A stretch of 63,123 nucleotides of DNA, filler included, from Hyphochytrium catenoides (lineage: Eukaryota; Protista; Hyphochytriomycota): assembly GCA_900088475.1 (NCBI GenBank). It is 11 parts of 11 records of this genome, joined end to end, with 100 filler letters (N's around TTAATTAATTAA, not from the genome) between each part and the next. Parts side by side here need not be neighbours in the genome. Positions count along the whole stretch, not along the records: positions 56,375 to 61,834 come from FLMG01002888.1; positions 61,935 to 63,123 come from FLMG01000321.1; 9 more parts are not named here. One strand, 5' to 3'. The position numbers and the translations under genes were made by a program. Positions 61,108 to 63,123 of the stretch are shown piece by piece. Position 1 is the first letter of the stretch, and each line of letters begins with the position of its first letter. Below the pieces are notes generated by a model. The model had not been told where the DNA came from, made no database searches, and worked only from the letters and a program-made list of their open reading frames with translations.

Positions 61108-61834
61108 ATGAGCTCTTTCGTGGTTATGATATCAAAGCTACAAGGGATGGAGGTACCCTGTTTGGCGAATGAAGATGGAGGCTTATCTCGATGAACTGAA
61201 TCTCCTTCATCATGTTGACGTGAGCCAAGGATCCCCTGATATCTCCTCAAAGAACAAGTCCATGTCTACGTCTAGGGCTACGATGCAGTCTTCTTGGCTA
61301 AAGAATGACAAAAGGGCGTTCAACAAGATTGTTTTGGCAGTGGCTGATGACATTATTCCACTTCTACCTCGTAGAGGAACTGCGAGAGAAGCTTGGCTCA
61401 AACTGGAAGAATCTTTTGAGAGCAGAAGCGCAAACAACATTGTGACTACTGTTACCTCCTTCTTATCGGCAAAGGCAGATGAAGAACAAGACCTTAGCCT
61501 ATTCCTGTGCGAGCAGAGAAGAAAACTTGAGTTACTTCGAGAAATGATGGAGAAGAAAGATTTTTACGACAACCTCTACAAAGCCGCGGTACTTATGGCC
61601 CTTCCACCCTCATATGAAGGTATTGCTCAAGCTATCCAAGTGCGTGAACCGGGGGAACTATGTGCAAGTGCCATAGATGATATTCTTATCGGAGAACAAC
61701 ACCGAAGACGTGCTATGCGCACTACCAACAAGGATTATGATGAAGAAGAAGGCTTTGCAGCATACACTCTACATCAACAAACGAGAAAGGAACCTCATCA
61801 TCACCGTCATCACGAGACCAAGAACAAGGCTCAT
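61108..61834 (+). pseudogene. Copia gag (Retrotran_gag_2/UBN2-like) with a frameshift near the N-terminus, 3' truncated
   Basis: MSSFVVMISKLQGME/(+1)YPVWRMKMEAYLDELNL...DKRAFNKIVLAVADDII...TAREAWLKLEESF...LMALPPSYEGI. Confidence 0.85.
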
Positions 61835-62552
61835 NNNNNNNNNNNNNNNNNNNNNNNNNNNNNNNNNNNNNNNNNNNNTTAATTAATTAANNNNNNNNNN
61901 NNNNNNNNNNNNNNNNNNNNNNNNNNNNNNNNNNGTACAACGCGTCCTCAAGGGCGCGAAGGTTTCTCTCAGCGCCATACTTAGCAATCAACTGAGTAAG
62001 GGCCACGACCGGACGTAATTGACTCCCATCAGTAGCCGACTTATTCCCTGTACGCTGCAGAAGAGAATCCGATGGGCTGGTGTCTGCTTTGTCTCTCCTA
62101 ACCAGGGTCGAAAGTGTTCGCTGATGGTAAGGTCCTCTCGATGGGCTCAGCCCTTGGCCNNNNNNNNTGGCCCTGGCCATTGTGAACTTGAGTAGGATCA
62201 CTCTTTGGCACAGCTTGATGGGTTACAAAGAGGTCACTCCTCCTTCATCAACTTTATCATTCTTCAGAAGGCCATAGAGGCAAAGTGCCGAGGAAGTAGC
62301 ATGAAAGGCGGCGGGCTTGACAGCAGAGTGTGAGGACTGCTTCATCTACTCATCGCTCCTTGAGAAAGACGCTTATAGCCGCTGCTCTCACTGACACGAC
62401 GAAGAGGACATAGATAGAGCTCCTAGAGGAGCTTGCGCTGATGGACTGACGGTTCCTCAGTCATCATCTGTCCCTGCTGCGGATGGCCTGGAGCCTGGAG
62501 AGCAGAGTTGAGATCCATCGGCGCTGAGGACACAAGCCGCAAATCCTGTCCT

Positions 62553-62872
62553 GTCCATCCTGCTGAGTGATTGTACCCGGGTTAGCGTCTACCCGGGTTG
62601 TCCCGGGTTGCTCAAAACCTGACCGAACCCGGGTTTTGTATTGCTGACCCGGGTCACAAAAGTTTCCCATAGATGATGTGTTTGTGGTGCTACGAGTAAT
62701 GTCTCCACGGTTCTGAGGTCCATCCTGATAGCGATTGAACCCGGGTTAGCGCCAACCCGGGTTGGCTCGAGCTGCATAAGCCCTGACTTGCCACGGGTCT
62801 TGATCTGCTGACCCGGGTCACAAAGATTCCCCCATAGCTCTGTTAAGGATCAGTGGTGCTAGGAAATGTCTC
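62553..62872. repeat. Two imperfect ~165-bp direct repeats rich in (A)CCCGGG(T) palindromes
   Basis: Units 62553-62705 and 62718-62872 share gtccatcctg...gattg.acccgggttagcg...tgctgacccgggtcacaaa...cccatag...gtggtgcta...aatgtctc; 8 CCCGGG sites in total. Confidence 0.85.
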
Positions 62873-63123
62873 TAGTACAACGCCTCGAACTACAAAGAGG
62901 AAGCGCGTCTCGACAGGTGAAGACAGCTCATCGGGCTCATCCACTAACAAACTGTGTTTCTTACTGAGCTGGTGTTGTGGGCCTCTGTACTGTCCTGAGA
63001 TGGGATGACGACATCAGTTGCTCTTATCGGTTCCATCATCATCAGCCTGCGGACAAGGTAAGGGCTTCATGAGGAAGTCAGTCAAGAACGGTTACCCAGT
63101 GCCGGAGCCAGTTACCGCCCTGA

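Noticed and set aside
46166-61834. One continuous copia element joining the pol at 46-48 kb and the gag at 61 kb
   Set aside because: They lie on different contigs and opposite strands, with host genes and linkers in between.
62553-62872. CRISPR array
   Set aside because: Only two long imperfect units, no constant repeat with unique spacers, no cas genes and a eukaryotic context.

Overview
Eukaryotic genomic DNA, most likely from an intron-rich microbial eukaryote that is neither animal nor fungal (inference). The window is not one locus: it is 11 contigs joined by ten artificial 100-nt N-linkers containing TTAATTAATTAA, so adjacency across linkers has no meaning. Spliced host genes with GT-AG introns include an ABHD17-like hydrolase, a transmembrane-RGS protein, a large coiled-coil protein, CDKAL1, a GRAM/PH plus membrane-anchor protein, PAF1, MPP6-like, PDIA6, a TDRD3-like OB-fold protein and CXIP4/SREK1IP1. 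There is also an intronless steroid 5-alpha-reductase and two identical tRNA-Ser(GCT) genes. Many introns are filled with (CT)n/(AG)n microsatellite, which generates most of the spurious RERE/LSLS ORFs. The richest region is 56.4-61.8 kb. There an apparently intact 3,244-bp PIF/Harbinger transposon (37-bp TIRs, TAA target duplication, intact DDE and Myb/SANT ORFs) sits inside the 5' LTR of a Ty1/copia element with a half-tRNAiMet (Hemivirus-type) primer-binding site. Immediately upstream is a sister LTR whose 3' third is inverted and preserves the empty insertion site. Other mobile relics are a nested copia, a FAR1/MULE relic between the tRNA-Ser copies, a divergent piggyBac-like relic, a hairpin MITE-like element and a CCCGGG-palindrome-rich tandem repeat. 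I found no clear evidence of a wholly new multi-gene system; the best leads are transposon architecture and the divergent piggyBac-like family.
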